Shown: piece by piece, positions 52,512 to 64,000 of the stretch | Numbering within the stretch: the stretch's first letter is position 1 | Layout of the letters: every line of letters starts with the position of its first letter | The notes under the pieces: model-generated | Database searches by the model: none | Told to the model about the DNA's origin: nothing | Seen by the model: only the letters and a program-made list of their open reading frames with translations | Translations under genes and position numbers: made by a program | Origin: Ramazzottius varieornatus | Lineage: Eukaryota > Animalia > Tardigrada | Assembly: GCA_001949185.1 (NCBI GenBank) | Contig: BDGG01000002.1 | Location: 6,934,448 to 6,998,447 of the forward strand | Length of the DNA stretch: 64,000 nucleotides | Reading direction: 5' to 3'

Positions 52512-55500
52512 ATGCGGATGCCAGTGTGGAGTCGACGTCTGCTTATCCTGATCATCCTCTCGTTTGCGTCCCTCCAGGTTGGTCAGAAATTCCGTCACCC
52601 CTGTCATTTTTCTACGATAAATTGCGTATTACAGTAACGACCGTAATTCAATTTTGGGTGTAAAATTATCGTAGAAGAATGGTCTGTTCTGAAATGTATA
52701 ATTTAGTTATATTGCATTTTTTTCCGCAGGTTTTGCAAGTTTATTGCCCAGGATGGGTGTGTAATACTACTGGTGAGTTTTCGGAAAGAGATGAAGTCTT
52801 GCCGGCGCCGAGAAAGCGATATGGCAAGGCGAAAGTTCAAATGCAAATGTTCAACGACGAACGGCACGAAGGCATTTCGTTGTGGAATGACGAGGAACAA
52901 AGCCCACGCCGCGACGTGAAAGTCGACCTGAACAACTCGGATATCTTGGTTTTTCTGCACATCCAAAAAACTGGTGGAACTGTCTTCGGACGGAATATGG
53001 TCAAGAGTCTGTACGATCCGTCCACGGGAAGAAATGCTTGCAGTTGCAGACCGGAAGCCAAACGGTATAAATGAAATCAATTATTGAACTTATCTATTCC
53101 TTGATATATCATTCAGTTCTTTTGGGGTTGCAAAACGGTCTTCCCACTTCCCACTTCACTATTGTCCGAGTGATCAAGATGGAACAATTGTTAAAGTGCG
53201 AATGATCGATTTCATCTTGCAGCTTTCGAATTTGAGCTCCAAAGTCTCCCATGTGGAATAATCTATTCCACGATTTGTCAGCTCTAGTCGATTGATGTGT
53301 TTATTCTCTTCGACAGGTGTAAGTGTTATCGACCCGGTGGTGGTTCACAAGAATGGCTCTTCAGCCGGTTCTCGACCGGATGGAAATGCGGACTGCACGC
53401 AGGTACGAAAAATAAAACTTCAAATTTGTGCTTGCATGGCGCAAGATCAAGCAAACTCATTTCCGTCATTTCAGATTACACAGAGCTGATTCACTGCGTG
53501 GACCAAGTAATGGCTCCAAAAGACACACGCAATTTCCCTCCACGAAGGTTCGTTTAGTATTTTTTTATTGGATTCTCTAGTGTGCGCTGTTGAAATAGTC
53601 CAATTCACAAATGCATCCATCAGTGCTTTGATATGATGATTATTCTTCCGGGAGAGCTATGCAAAGCACGGTGGTATTTTGCATAGTCTTTAGTCGTTAA
53701 AGTGTATGTTCGTAAGGCCTTTGCAGAATAATCCATCAGGGCTTAAAGACTGAACTTTCAGGGAACTTTACAAAGATGAGGTCTTTCTTTGAAATTTGAG
53801 TGAAGGATTGCATTAGACATTACTCGAACTCCATTTTCTCCTTCCTCCTTCCGGAGTCCTCACTGCATGTCAAGGAAGGATAAGCGGGATGAAACGGAGG
53901 AAATGTGGCAAAGCCCTCGAAGCTAAACGAACTCTTTTACATGATACAGTCGCTGCTGATTATACTCCTTGACGAGCTCGTCCAAGTATCCGCTGGCCTT
54001 CAATCGATTTTCCAATCTTGCTTGAATCGAAAAATATTGGACGCATAGGCCAGAAATATGCGGAGGGTAGCGCTTACCAAATCTTCCCTTCAAGATTTAC
54101 AAGGCACTTTTTGCTCTCCAAAAACATGGCTGACTCAAACCATTCTGAGTAGTCTTCTAAGGAAAAACTATATACTCGCATACAGCACAACCGAGTTTAA
54201 TGCCATGGGTGAGCTTACCAACGGTTCATGGGGGATCGAATAACAATTTTTCTGTAGCCACACTGTTCAACTAGTGCCACCGAAAGTTCAAGAATGAAGG
54301 AAGTTGTCACGCCGCCTTTTGCATTTTCCCGGCAGGAGGGTTGTTCTGATTTCTTCCATCTGTGCCCTGGATGAATAGCGCCCTCGTCTAACAGAATTTG
54401 TTTCAGCCCCTTTACTCCCCCATTCACTAGCTTATGGCGCCTTATTTGCCCATATTGTGTTGCATGTATGCCGTCGTGCACTTTAGGGTTACTATGATCA
54501 ATTTGACACTCTGTATCTTGACAAAGCCACGTGAAGACATTTCACTTTTTCCTTCTATTGAGCTGTCAACGGAGTAATTGACCTGTCGGCCCTTTGTTGC
54601 AGATATTTCTACATGACACTCCTGCGGGATCCATATCGTCGATACCTGAGCGAGTTCCTCCATGTTCAGCGCGGGGCCACCTGGAAAAACGCCCGACATT
54701 GGTGCGGCGGAAGGTTCGCCAGCGACGGAGAACTTCGGCAGTGCTTTCAAGGCGACACTTGGGGTGAGTATATTTAACGATCACCAACCCGTCGTCTAAG
54801 ACCAACAAACGGCGCGCTTCCGCCATCAGGAGAGCAACACATTCCTTGAACAGCTTTGGCTTATCAAAATAGAAATCAGGGCATCATTGCAGTCATGAGA
54901 ATTCGCGCACTAGTCCTCACTTTCTACTGGGACCATAGCACTTTTCAGGCTGTTTCTTCTTGACTTACGGTATCTGGGCTCAAATCAATTCAAACGAGGA
55001 ACAACCCGCGAAAGAATCTTTCTTTCGATTCACATTTTTCGAATGTTGATTTATTGATGAAGCGCCATCTGTGATCGCAGTGCCTCTCGATCAAAGATGG
55101 CGCCACGGTACGATAATTGGTCTTGTTTTCTGCTTCATAGAGGGCGTTTCGCTGGACGACTTCCTCGCCTGCCCCGACAACCTTGCCGCGAACCGTCAAA
55201 CCCGAATGCTAGCTGATCTTCGGGAAGTTGGGTGCTACAACAAGTCCGCCATGTCTGGTCAGGACCACGACCGGCTGATGCTAGCTAGTGCCAGAGCCAA
55301 CCTCCGCAAAATGGCCTTCTTTGGTATCATCGAACACATCGACGACACGCAGATACTCTTCGAAGCCACCTTCGGCCTTAGGTTTGCTGAGAGACTCAAC
55401 AATTCCTACGAACCTCGCGGAGAGAACTTCACTATGACCGATCATCAAAGAAGGAAATTTATGGAGAAGATCGCCCTGGATGTGGAGCTGTTCGACTACG

Positions 55501-55580
55501 CCAAGCTTCTCTTTCGACAACGAGTTCAAGCTGTGAGAAATAGTACCCCGAACCCAAAGCGTTTTCTTGGTATTTCGTGA
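52512..55580 (+). CDS. HS6ST: Heparan-sulfate 6-O-sulfotransferase
   Basis: Type II anchor MRMPVWSRRLLILIILSF; VFLHIQKTGGTVFG (5'-PSB); WLFSRFSTGWKCGLHA|DYTEL; YMTLLRDPYRRYLSEF..QRGATWK (exon ~54604-54765); CPDNLAANRQTRMLADL. Confidence 0.95.
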
Positions 55581-57027
55581 TGTTTTACTTTCTTTTCTCG
55601 GTTCCTTGTCTTCGAAATTACTTGTTGCAATACTGACCAAAGACAGATGCCCAAGTGGATCTTTTCACTTTTAACCTTTAGTGCCGAAGTTCTTCCCTTC
55701 GAGGAGATATTTGTGCTTTTTAGTGAAATATAGATTCTGGTTTTCAATGGGTGCCTTTTGAAGCTTCATATCTTTTTGCTTTTGACTGGCTGCTTGCGGA
55801 AGTGTGTCATGTACGGAGCACCTGAGTATCGTACTCACAAATGGTGTATCTATTCCTATCGATTTGATGTTTTTGGCGCTAGCAGCTAACGCAATTTTGT
55901 CGATCAAACGTAAATACTTGAGCGCTCCTCTTCTGCCGCTGAAGAGGCTTCCAGAGCTGAGCCTATCAGTCTGACAACTTTCTTGGAAACGCGCGCATTA
56001 GGTGAACCTCACGAATGGGAAGAAAGTAATATACAGTGTAGGAAGCTTACGCATCTGTCCTGTGATAAGCTCAAGTTTATTGTACTTTACGTGACTATGA
56101 TAAATCCTGATCAGAATTTCTCCCAATGCCTGTCATGAGCTCGTGATCAAGAGCTCGTGATCGGAGGTTTTAGGGAGTTTGATCAGAAGCCATTTGGGCA
56201 GTAGCCTCAAGCATCTTCGTGATGGAGACCCCCTAGTCAGCATCTGGCAATCTAATCACGTTATAATGGATTCCTCCTGTTACAAATGTGACCGCCAAAG
56301 AGCCACGCAAAGTAGCAGCAGGGGCAAAGGCAGAGGTGGCTTTCCCACAAAGATCACACACAGCGCCAATCCTTGCAGTCGCATACAGCATGTCCGCTGC
56401 TTCCGTTCAGGGCCATCCTCCACCGGCAATCGCCTGAACCCTTTATTTCAACGGGAAGCCAGTATCAGATCAGGATATTTCTCCTCGTCAGCTAGTTTCT
56501 TACCAGTTATTCCCATTACACAATATAGCTTCTATACTGGATTAGCCCACGTAAGAAGAGCCAACTAGTCCCTTCAAGCAGCCTTCCTAACCCTCCTGAT
56601 AGCATACCGATACTATCTCCTTCTGTCCTAGCTCTCGTATGAAATTGACCACATAATCCCTACTTGTGATCCGATCAATTTCTGGACGATTTCCCAGGGT
56701 GGACCGAGGATCGAGCTCTAACTACGGAGTGACACATCGGAAAAGCTTTCGTACTCATTTAGCTCGTATCACGGTTTGACAGTTGGGAGGCCATTGTACG
56801 CGGCCAGAATGGAAGACCCATCGCCCCGAGGTTGCAATAACGATGGTGGTCCCGTTATTCAATTATCCTTGGAGTCATCATCACAAACGATCTTTCCACT
56901 GGGCCTTGCTGTTTGATGCAAGAAGCACGAGCCAATCTTCTTCCAACTGTTTTTCTTCTCACTGCGTTCGGGCTTCTGAAAGCAAATTCAGAGTATTCAA
57001 ATTTTTTAAATACTGTACTGGAAAAAA

Positions 57028-58620
57028 ATGGGCATGCGGCATTCGAGAACCAAGAGCATCGAGAACGAGAAGAACCTTGTGGAGAGTACCGTGGAAGTTG
57101 CCTCGCCTACGCCCAACCGGAAGAAGAATGTCATGTCCAGTATTCTGGCTATACGGCGGTTATCTACCGCTTCGAACACCCATGTTTTCACCAAGCCGGT
57201 CATATCCGATCGCGACAAGAAAATCCTGCTGGAATCTTTTGGTACCTTGCGAGAAAGTATTACGAAGCTGGGGATTTTGACCTTCCTATGGTAAGAGCAA
57301 GAGCGTGTTGGGAAATCCCATGTGACTATATTTCCCTAACCTTTTACCGATCTGTGCATTACAGTCTGTTCGAGACACATCCGGAAATGATTCAGTTCTT
57401 TGGGAACCTAAGAGATTTACCTCCAGACATGATAAAGGAATCAAAAGAGCTCAGACAACACGCTCTTCGAGTAATGGGCTTCATTGAAAAATGTATCGCA
57501 AGAATCAGCAGTCCGGAAAAGCTGGATGCCATCATTAGACAACTGGGACGCCACCATGTAAGTCAGTTCAGCAAGATTTCTGCTAGATTGAATTTTCACC
57601 TGAAAGTGTTGGTACACCTTACTGTTCTCCAGGTACGCTACGGAGCTCCACCAGCTTTTCTTCAGGTATTGTCTTGCACGATACTTCGACTGAACCGCAG
57701 TGACGTATGGTACGAGGAGCGGGGTCATACTTTGCTCAGCTACGTCACGCTTACGTCGCAAAGCCTAAGAAGCCTGCGCATTGCTCGTGACGTATGGTGA
57801 GCAAAGTTGTACACTGAGCAAAGTGAGACCTCGCTCCTCGTACGAGGAGCCCGACTTTGGCCACGAGCATACTTTGTCCAGTCAAGTCCTGCAGGTGGCA
57901 ATGTTGGCTTCCTGGGTGGGTTGAAATCAGCTGATCACGTTGACCGCCATAAGGCGACCGAGGAAGAGTGGACAAGGTTTTAGCCCTTCTGATTTTCCGT
58001 AGAAATCAAGGTAGTAGCCAATGTGTACCTACCGCATGAGCACCTTGTTTCTTTTTTGGAAGTCACATGTGACTCATTGAGCGATGTTGCGATAGGTTAT
58101 CTTCCCCAAGCGGCGCACTGCGCTTCCAGTCTGGAATTTCTCCCGTCCTGATCTTCCAGTTATTCTCACTTTTGAGTGGACAGAAATGAATAAGTGTTTG
58201 AAGATTCTTGCGAATAATTGTGAGATTTTGATAGCGGAAGATTAGTGAGACATCGTCAGTGGACAAAGTTGTCGCCAGTTCGGGCAAACGGACAAAGTTG
58301 GGTCTCACTCCTCGAGCAGTAGATGGCTTCGCAGTGCCGTCATGCATACACCCAAACGGAAGTCAGAATCTCCGGAAATTATTTTTATTCAATTGCCGAA
58401 ACGTTTCCGCGTGGGTTCACTGACTAATTCCTTACTTCTGCATGCTTTGTAGCTCGTAGGACCTCAGTTCATAAACGCGATTAGGCTGCACCTCGAGACC
58501 CGATGGAGTCCGGAAACCGAAGATGCATGGCTGAATTTGTTTTCCTACATCGCTTATGGGATGAAGCAGGCCATGCTTACGGCAACGGATGTCCAAACTC
58601 CAACGCCAGATTTACTATGA
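57028..58620 (+). CDS. Globin X-like globin with N-terminal extension
   Basis: MGMRHS; LFETHPE; ELRQHALRVMGFIEKCIAR (distal His E7); LGRHH|VRYGAPP (proximal His F8); VGPQFINAI..RWSPETEDAWLNLF. Introns at the B12.2 and G7.0 positions plus one extra. Confidence 0.85.
57713..57840. mobile_element. Mariner-type MITE (128 bp) in a globin intron
   Basis: TA|CGAGGAGCGGGGTCATACTTTGCTCAG ... CTGAGCAAAGTGAGACCTCGCTCCTCG|TA (24/27 match). A second CGAGGAGC end starts immediately after the right TA. Confidence 0.8.
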
Positions 58621-59270
58621 AAACCTCTATTTTACTTGAATAGATGTGGTCCTGCAGCGCACATGTTACTAGAGTCATCTTGTTTTTACCAGTCGTTTCG
58701 CTGTTACACTCGAAATCGTTTTCAGATTTTCATTGCTCCGTAAGCCATCAAGCACTTCAACTACAGAATAGGCACCTTGCGATTTCAACGAAAAAGCTTG
58801 AACAGATGATTAAAATCATTAGTGAAAAATGGTTCCGGATGAGAGATCTGCTTTCTCAAGATCTTAATATTCCGAGAACTTAATATTCCGAGAACAAGGA
58901 TTTTTGAGTTTAGAAGTCAAGATAAGATTGATTTTCGGACGATAATCATCTTCATGCCAATTATTTTGGTCATTTCTTCGAGGCTTTCGTTAAAACCGCA
59001 AGATCCCTGTTTCCCTCTTTCGCAGGGACTCATACTATTAAAAGAAGAAGACACTGTGGTAAAGTTCTTTGGGTATGTTTAGAAACTGTCTGTGTCAAGT
59101 GTCATAAGACATCGAACCGATCATCACCACATTCTAACGCCTAATTATCCCTGATGATAATTATCGTCCCCCTAACGCATTCTTGTTTCTTCCGGGCCCT
59201 TTCATACTGCAGACACACTTTCAGGGTGGCGACCTCACCATCATCACGTTCATTGAGAAAGCCGAGGTGA

Positions 59271-59397
59271 GGGAGCTGGGCAAACAAGACGTACAAGCTA
59301 GGTTGTTATGTCTAGCGGCGCATGTCTTCATTGGTACGGAAAGGAAGGGTGCGCCACTTGGGACACCCATCTTGTAGGTAATGTTGGCCCAGCTCCC
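59271..59397. repeat. Fold-back element, near-complete copy 13 (intergenic)
   Basis: GGGAGCTGGGC ... TAGCGGCGCAT-N25-GTGCGCCACTT ... GCCCAGCTCCC. Confidence 0.85.
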
Positions 59398-60754
59398 GTG
59401 GAAGCTCCCGGGAAGAGCATTCGGCTTCCGTACAGAGGAAACTGTTTTGGTAAATCTGATGTGGTAAATCTGATGTGAGCGTTCAGCTAAGTTAAGTTAG
59501 TCAGGGTGACCGCAAGCCATGTCAGTTCTTTTTGGAAATGTTTTCCTCGATGTGCTGGCTAACAAGTGCCTGACCACAGCAAAACCATAGTACATCATCA
59601 AGAACGTTGAAAGTTAATTCGATAAGGAAATGGAAGTCTAGACTGATCATTCGGTACTTCCGCGGATTCCCCCCAATGTGCTGGTCTCATCGCTGTGGGG
59701 AATAGACTCAACACATAAACAGAGAACCGTTTTTGCAACAAGATTGTGTACTTTGGCCGGCGACTCGACAGCCGGCTGTTCAGGCCATCAAAGCACCTCG
59801 CTAATGGGAAATATCATTAACGCACTGCGTGTAGCTCGCTGCACCAGAATACAGTCCGACACCGCCGTAAACATCCTGGCTCAAAAAAGTGTTAGTTCTC
59901 CGACCCTGTTATTATCCCATCTTTTAACCGAAATCAACCACGGCTCACCTTTCATCCAAATCCCTGCACGTTATTCTGCACAGTAAGAGTTCAACATATC
60001 GAGATCCTCCGCCTTTGTACATGCAGTACGAGCAGGACGCGAAAAGAATCGGAGGTGGCGTCACCAACCGCTAGGTTCAGGTGCGGCACCAGCGTCAAGT
60101 AGATGTAGATCTTCGTTACGTTACCTACGAATACGCTCACAATGCGTAACACTTTTGATAATACTCGACTGTTTGAAGACCCGAAATGTATCATTCGAGC
60201 ATGGCCCGCCGCGACACAGGACCTGTCAAGACTATCGCTGCACCCCTTTGGAGGTCCTGCTTGGTCACATTTGTGGCACCTAATATTTGAACTTGAAGGA
60301 GCCGTCCCGCCGACCATCTGGACCTCCGCTTGTTTAGTCGCGTGGTATTCAGATTACTGTCCTGAAATAATGCGATACAGACGACTCATTAGGCTAACAG
60401 ACGCCATCTGTTGATCTTACCGCAACTTCCTTATCTGTCCCAACGGACGCAAATTGCTCACGCCTATTCATCGAACCAAAGACCAAGAAACCTCTTGGAA
60501 TCCCTCATTCGAACAACTGATGTTGTGGCTCATCACTCCACTCAAACGATCGCGAAGAGATTGATCAGTAGAAAAAGCCTTAATCCCTAATCCTTTCCAG
60601 AAAACCTCTCATCAGGGCGAATTACCTGAACAAAGCTCCTTAGTTTCAAACGAATTTTCCGATTATTCCGAACAACTCTGTTAGACAGCCAGTGTCGCCA
60701 TATCTGAGGCCCCGCTGTTGCCAATTCATCTATACCGGCTAGACAAATAATATA

Positions 60755-61879
60755 CAGGGTGAGTACGCTAAGTGACCACCACCTGGAACTCTGGAGGAAG
60801 AAAACAACCGGACTGCCCGCTTTTCTTTCGCTCTTTCAAATAATTTTTTCAGCTTTTCACGTTGCTTCCGCTGAGACATAGGTCGTTTGCGTGCATTAAA
60901 TCCTAGGTTGGAAAAATTGGTCCGGGTAACTAAAGGTGAAGAAGATTCTTCAGCAGGAACAAACTTGACACTCCAGAACTCCATGGGCGAGTATGTCTCC
61001 CCAACTTGATTTTAACGAAGGTGAAACTAGTGGGGCTCTTGTTAGAAAATAGAGCAGATCGCAAGAAAGTCAAACTAAATGAATAAATGAAATAATACCG
61101 TCGAATTTGACTATTTTGCTGAAAAAACAAATCCTCGTGAAAAAAATCCTAATTTATGTTGTAAACCAAGATTTCTCACTTGCGATCCCCGTTTCGTATA
61201 GCCTAGTTATTGGAGTAATCCTTTCAGGTGCTAGAATTGCAAGACCGTGTCAGACACGTAGGTGAGAATTTTTTGAAGTTCTCTCGAAATCTGAAAACGT
61301 TGCCGATTCTCGCGAACCCAGCTTTTGCGAAACGCCTTCCCCAGTCAAGTTTCCGTAAGTCTGTCCAAAAGCATTTCGGATTCAGGTGGATCAATGGATT
61401 GGCTTCCCGTTCATGCTTTTAGTTGCCGGCAAAAAACCCCAACCTATTTCGAAGAAGCTTGTTTTCAGGCGCGCACTCTGTATTTTGGCTCAGTTCTGTC
61501 GCAGTAGCTGCATCAGTAAATCGACAAGTAGTACAGAAGAGCACTGTATTTTTCCCGGAAGCCAGACTACCATTAAACAATTTGCAATCAGCAGTTCTAG
61601 TCCAGAAGGGCAGAGCCGCAGAAGAGAGATAGAACAGTTTTTTTTCCGGAGGGAGCAGTGAAAAGTTGGAGTCGGAGCAGCTACGCGGTTGGACCTTTCC
61701 CTAGTCTCGGGTAGATTCCCGACTTCGGATAGACATTCTTTTTGGGCAAGTCAGTTTACAAGGTACCAATAGGGATACTAAGTTGCCAAATTAAGAAAAA
61801 ATAATTGTGAGGACCAACATACACGCAGTCGAGAGCGCCATGAATATCGTGAGGTGATAGTCATTTGTCGTTCACCCTG
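60755..61879. mobile_element. Degenerate CAGGGTG-ended Tc1/mariner-type element (~1.1 kb)
   Basis: Left end TA|CAGGGTGAGTACGCTAAGTGACCACCACC; right-end reverse complement CAGGGTGAACGACAAATGACTATCACC. Resembles the TIR of 31565-32761; the right TA is not intact. Confidence 0.5.
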
Positions 61880-64000
61880 AATTTAATTAACCAATATTCA
61901 ACCAGAAAAAGAAATAGGCGCGCCCCAGTAGCGACGTGGAAGATAGCGCTAGATTGTGCCATTCCGTGCGAAGAACAAGTCCCGTCTCTGTCTTGCGAGC
62001 TATGACTATGCGACCAATAATCGCGTTATTGCCGTCTATCATCCAACTTCCTGAATGGTACCCGATGTCAAGTCACACAGTACACGACGTATGCACGGTC
62101 ATGACGTACAGCGCCACATCACTTCATACCAAATACAGTCTCTGATGAAACCCAGTATATAGGCCATTCCGCATGCAACGACCCGGCACTTTTCACCATA
62201 CCTAGAAGGAAAAACGTGTCTAGCGTTCATGGGAATTTTTATGGATTAGCCCTGTTGCACTTTTGACCTCTTGGACATTCGTTTGAGCCACATCCTCAGA
62301 CAAAGGTTATCAAACAGATCTTGCGCTATCATCTGTCTCGGAGCTCAGCTATTGAGCCGGCACTGCCGTTGTTAGTCTAGTTCATCCTACCACCAAAGTC
62401 TGCATGGCCTCGTCTTGCAGAGTCCAGCTTTTTGTAGGAATTCTACCGACGTCATTCAAGATGCCTCCCTGTACGAGGATACTGGTCTTTTCGTTGTTGA
62501 TTACCTGCTTAGTCCAAACTATTTTTGCCAGGCCCTTGTCTCCTAATTCAACGCAGGAACTAGAGTAAGTGTAGTATAATTGCTCGTTAGTCTTCATCTA
62601 ATACAGGTATCTCACACCTATTTTTATGGATCGGGGAGTATTTACTAACCTGCAGTCTTGGTTGTTAGGCTAATGAGGGTGCGTCGAAGTGGAATATCTG
62701 ACCAACGCCTTGCGGAGCTGGAAGCCATCATTGCCATGTCTAGAGCGAGACGAATTCAACACGCCGGTCATCACGGAAAGCTCCATAGTACGGCGTCGTA
62801 CGGCTATGGAATGTTCAACCCGGAAGAAATGTAAGTCTTACTTATACCGCACTAAAGAGATGTTGTATGGTACCGGAAGTTCGTAAACACGATCTCGAAG
62901 AATAAAAGAAATTCCCGTATGAGCCCTACTCCAATGGATAATGACGTGCAAGCCTGGAGGCAAAAGGTTTACCTTCGTTATAGAAGGTTTTTTTCTTTGC
63001 AGAGGATAGGTGAGTCTGAGCGACTCAAAGGACCTTCTGGGAAAAACCTGCTCCTCTCTGCTGAATGTGAGGCTCCGCTGTTACGAAAAGAAAGATCCGA
63101 CTTCCGGCTGAAGGTGCCGCATTTGGAAGCTTGACGCATCCCACTTCTGAGAATCTCCTCCTACTTTTCTAGTTTTTGTTGTGCTTAATTTATTTTCCGT
63201 TCGTCTCGAAACTTCATTTCATTCGTTTGGTTTTTTGATGCTTCGCTTAGATCTGTCGCTTTGGCGAACTTTGCGCATTCGAGTGATGACGACCTTGTGA
63301 GAGAAAATGGCAGCTAGCGCCGTTAACCGTCCAGCTATGGCTGCTAGTTGGTTATACAATAGTTATCTCGACAGATATTTGACGATCACTCGCACTATGT
63401 TCGTGTCGACTTTCTAAAGAGTAAATTATTATCAGTATTTCGTCACCTCTCGGGAGCCTTAAACTTAGCTTGTTTACGTAAGCTATACAAAGCCACGCTG
63501 CCATCATGCTGCTGTTGAAGAACCATTAGCACCAAACGGAAACGGTAACATTGACAGTTGGCTCATGCCACAGCAAGCAGGAAGTTTACTTCCGTTTACA
63601 TGCGCCCATGGAGCATGGTCCGTCCTTTGACCAGGTTCCAAGAAGTCGGTCGAACTTGTACCGTATTTCCTCCCACAAAGGATATTTCGTTTGAGAAACA
63701 GACACCTTCTAAGGGTTTGTCGCTCATAACGTCAGCCACATTTCGGACCATAAGCCTTACTGAAACCTGATGCTAAACGAAGTGGGCACGTGGAGAACTC
63801 GTGTAGGCAAGAAGAGACCAATGAAAGAAAAACTACGATTTCGGTGACATCATCCGCCGTGAAGTCGAACAGATATTCGATGGCACCATCATCAAATTTT
63901 ATACGAAATGGACCCACTTCAAGCAGATCAAACACACCCCGAGCTTAACAACTCGTGGACTAAATCTTACGGCGACATAGTTCCTCGTTCAACAACGAAT

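Noticed and set aside
54442-54826. Nested antisense gene within HS6ST
   Set aside because: These ORFs are the antisense shadow of a genuine HS6ST exon.
58108-58118. Lone AAGCGGCGCAC arm (also GTGCGCCATTT at 42153)
   Set aside because: No partner arm at 24-26 nt, so not counted as family copies.
56270-60300. CYKCD (56278) and CHKCD (~60270, minus strand) as gag zinc-knuckle remnants
   Set aside because: The CX2CX4HX4C pattern is incomplete and there is no RT, integrase or LTR support.
61900-64000. Short ORFs at the right end of the window
   Set aside because: No recognisable domains or consistent exon chain.
1-64000. CRISPR arrays, tRNA/rRNA genes, prokaryotic operons
   Set aside because: The DNA is spliced and eukaryotic; no regularly spaced repeats or RNA-gene signatures were seen by eye.

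Overview
Gene-dense, intron-containing animal DNA with mostly 50-250 bp GT-AG introns and several head-to-head gene pairs. A corazonin-type receptor, an octopamine-beta-type receptor and a globin X point to a protostome. The compact layout would fit a tardigrade-like genome, but that is only an inference. Genes in order: AK3 (partial), TFIIIA, a TOP3B-family topoisomerase, QDPR, corazonin receptor, ZCCHC4, NDUFAB1, COA4, PSMB7, a rhotekin-like gene poorly shown by the ORF track, HMGCR, PRC1, a stand-alone CYB5R4-type cytochrome b5, RSPH4/6, two tandem aminergic GPCRs, an orphan ORF, HS6ST and globin X. Three observations stand out. (1) A phase-consistent splice chain joins the TOP3B core to a C-terminal SON-like dsRNA-binding domain, in place of the usual zinc-binding/RGG tail. 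(2) A ~120-130 bp fold-back element with core AAGTGGCGCAC-N24-26-GTGCGCCACTT occurs at least 13 times, 10 of them in introns. (3) There are several TA-flanked Tc1/mariner-type non-autonomous elements. All gene models were spliced by eye, so boundaries may be off by a few bases.
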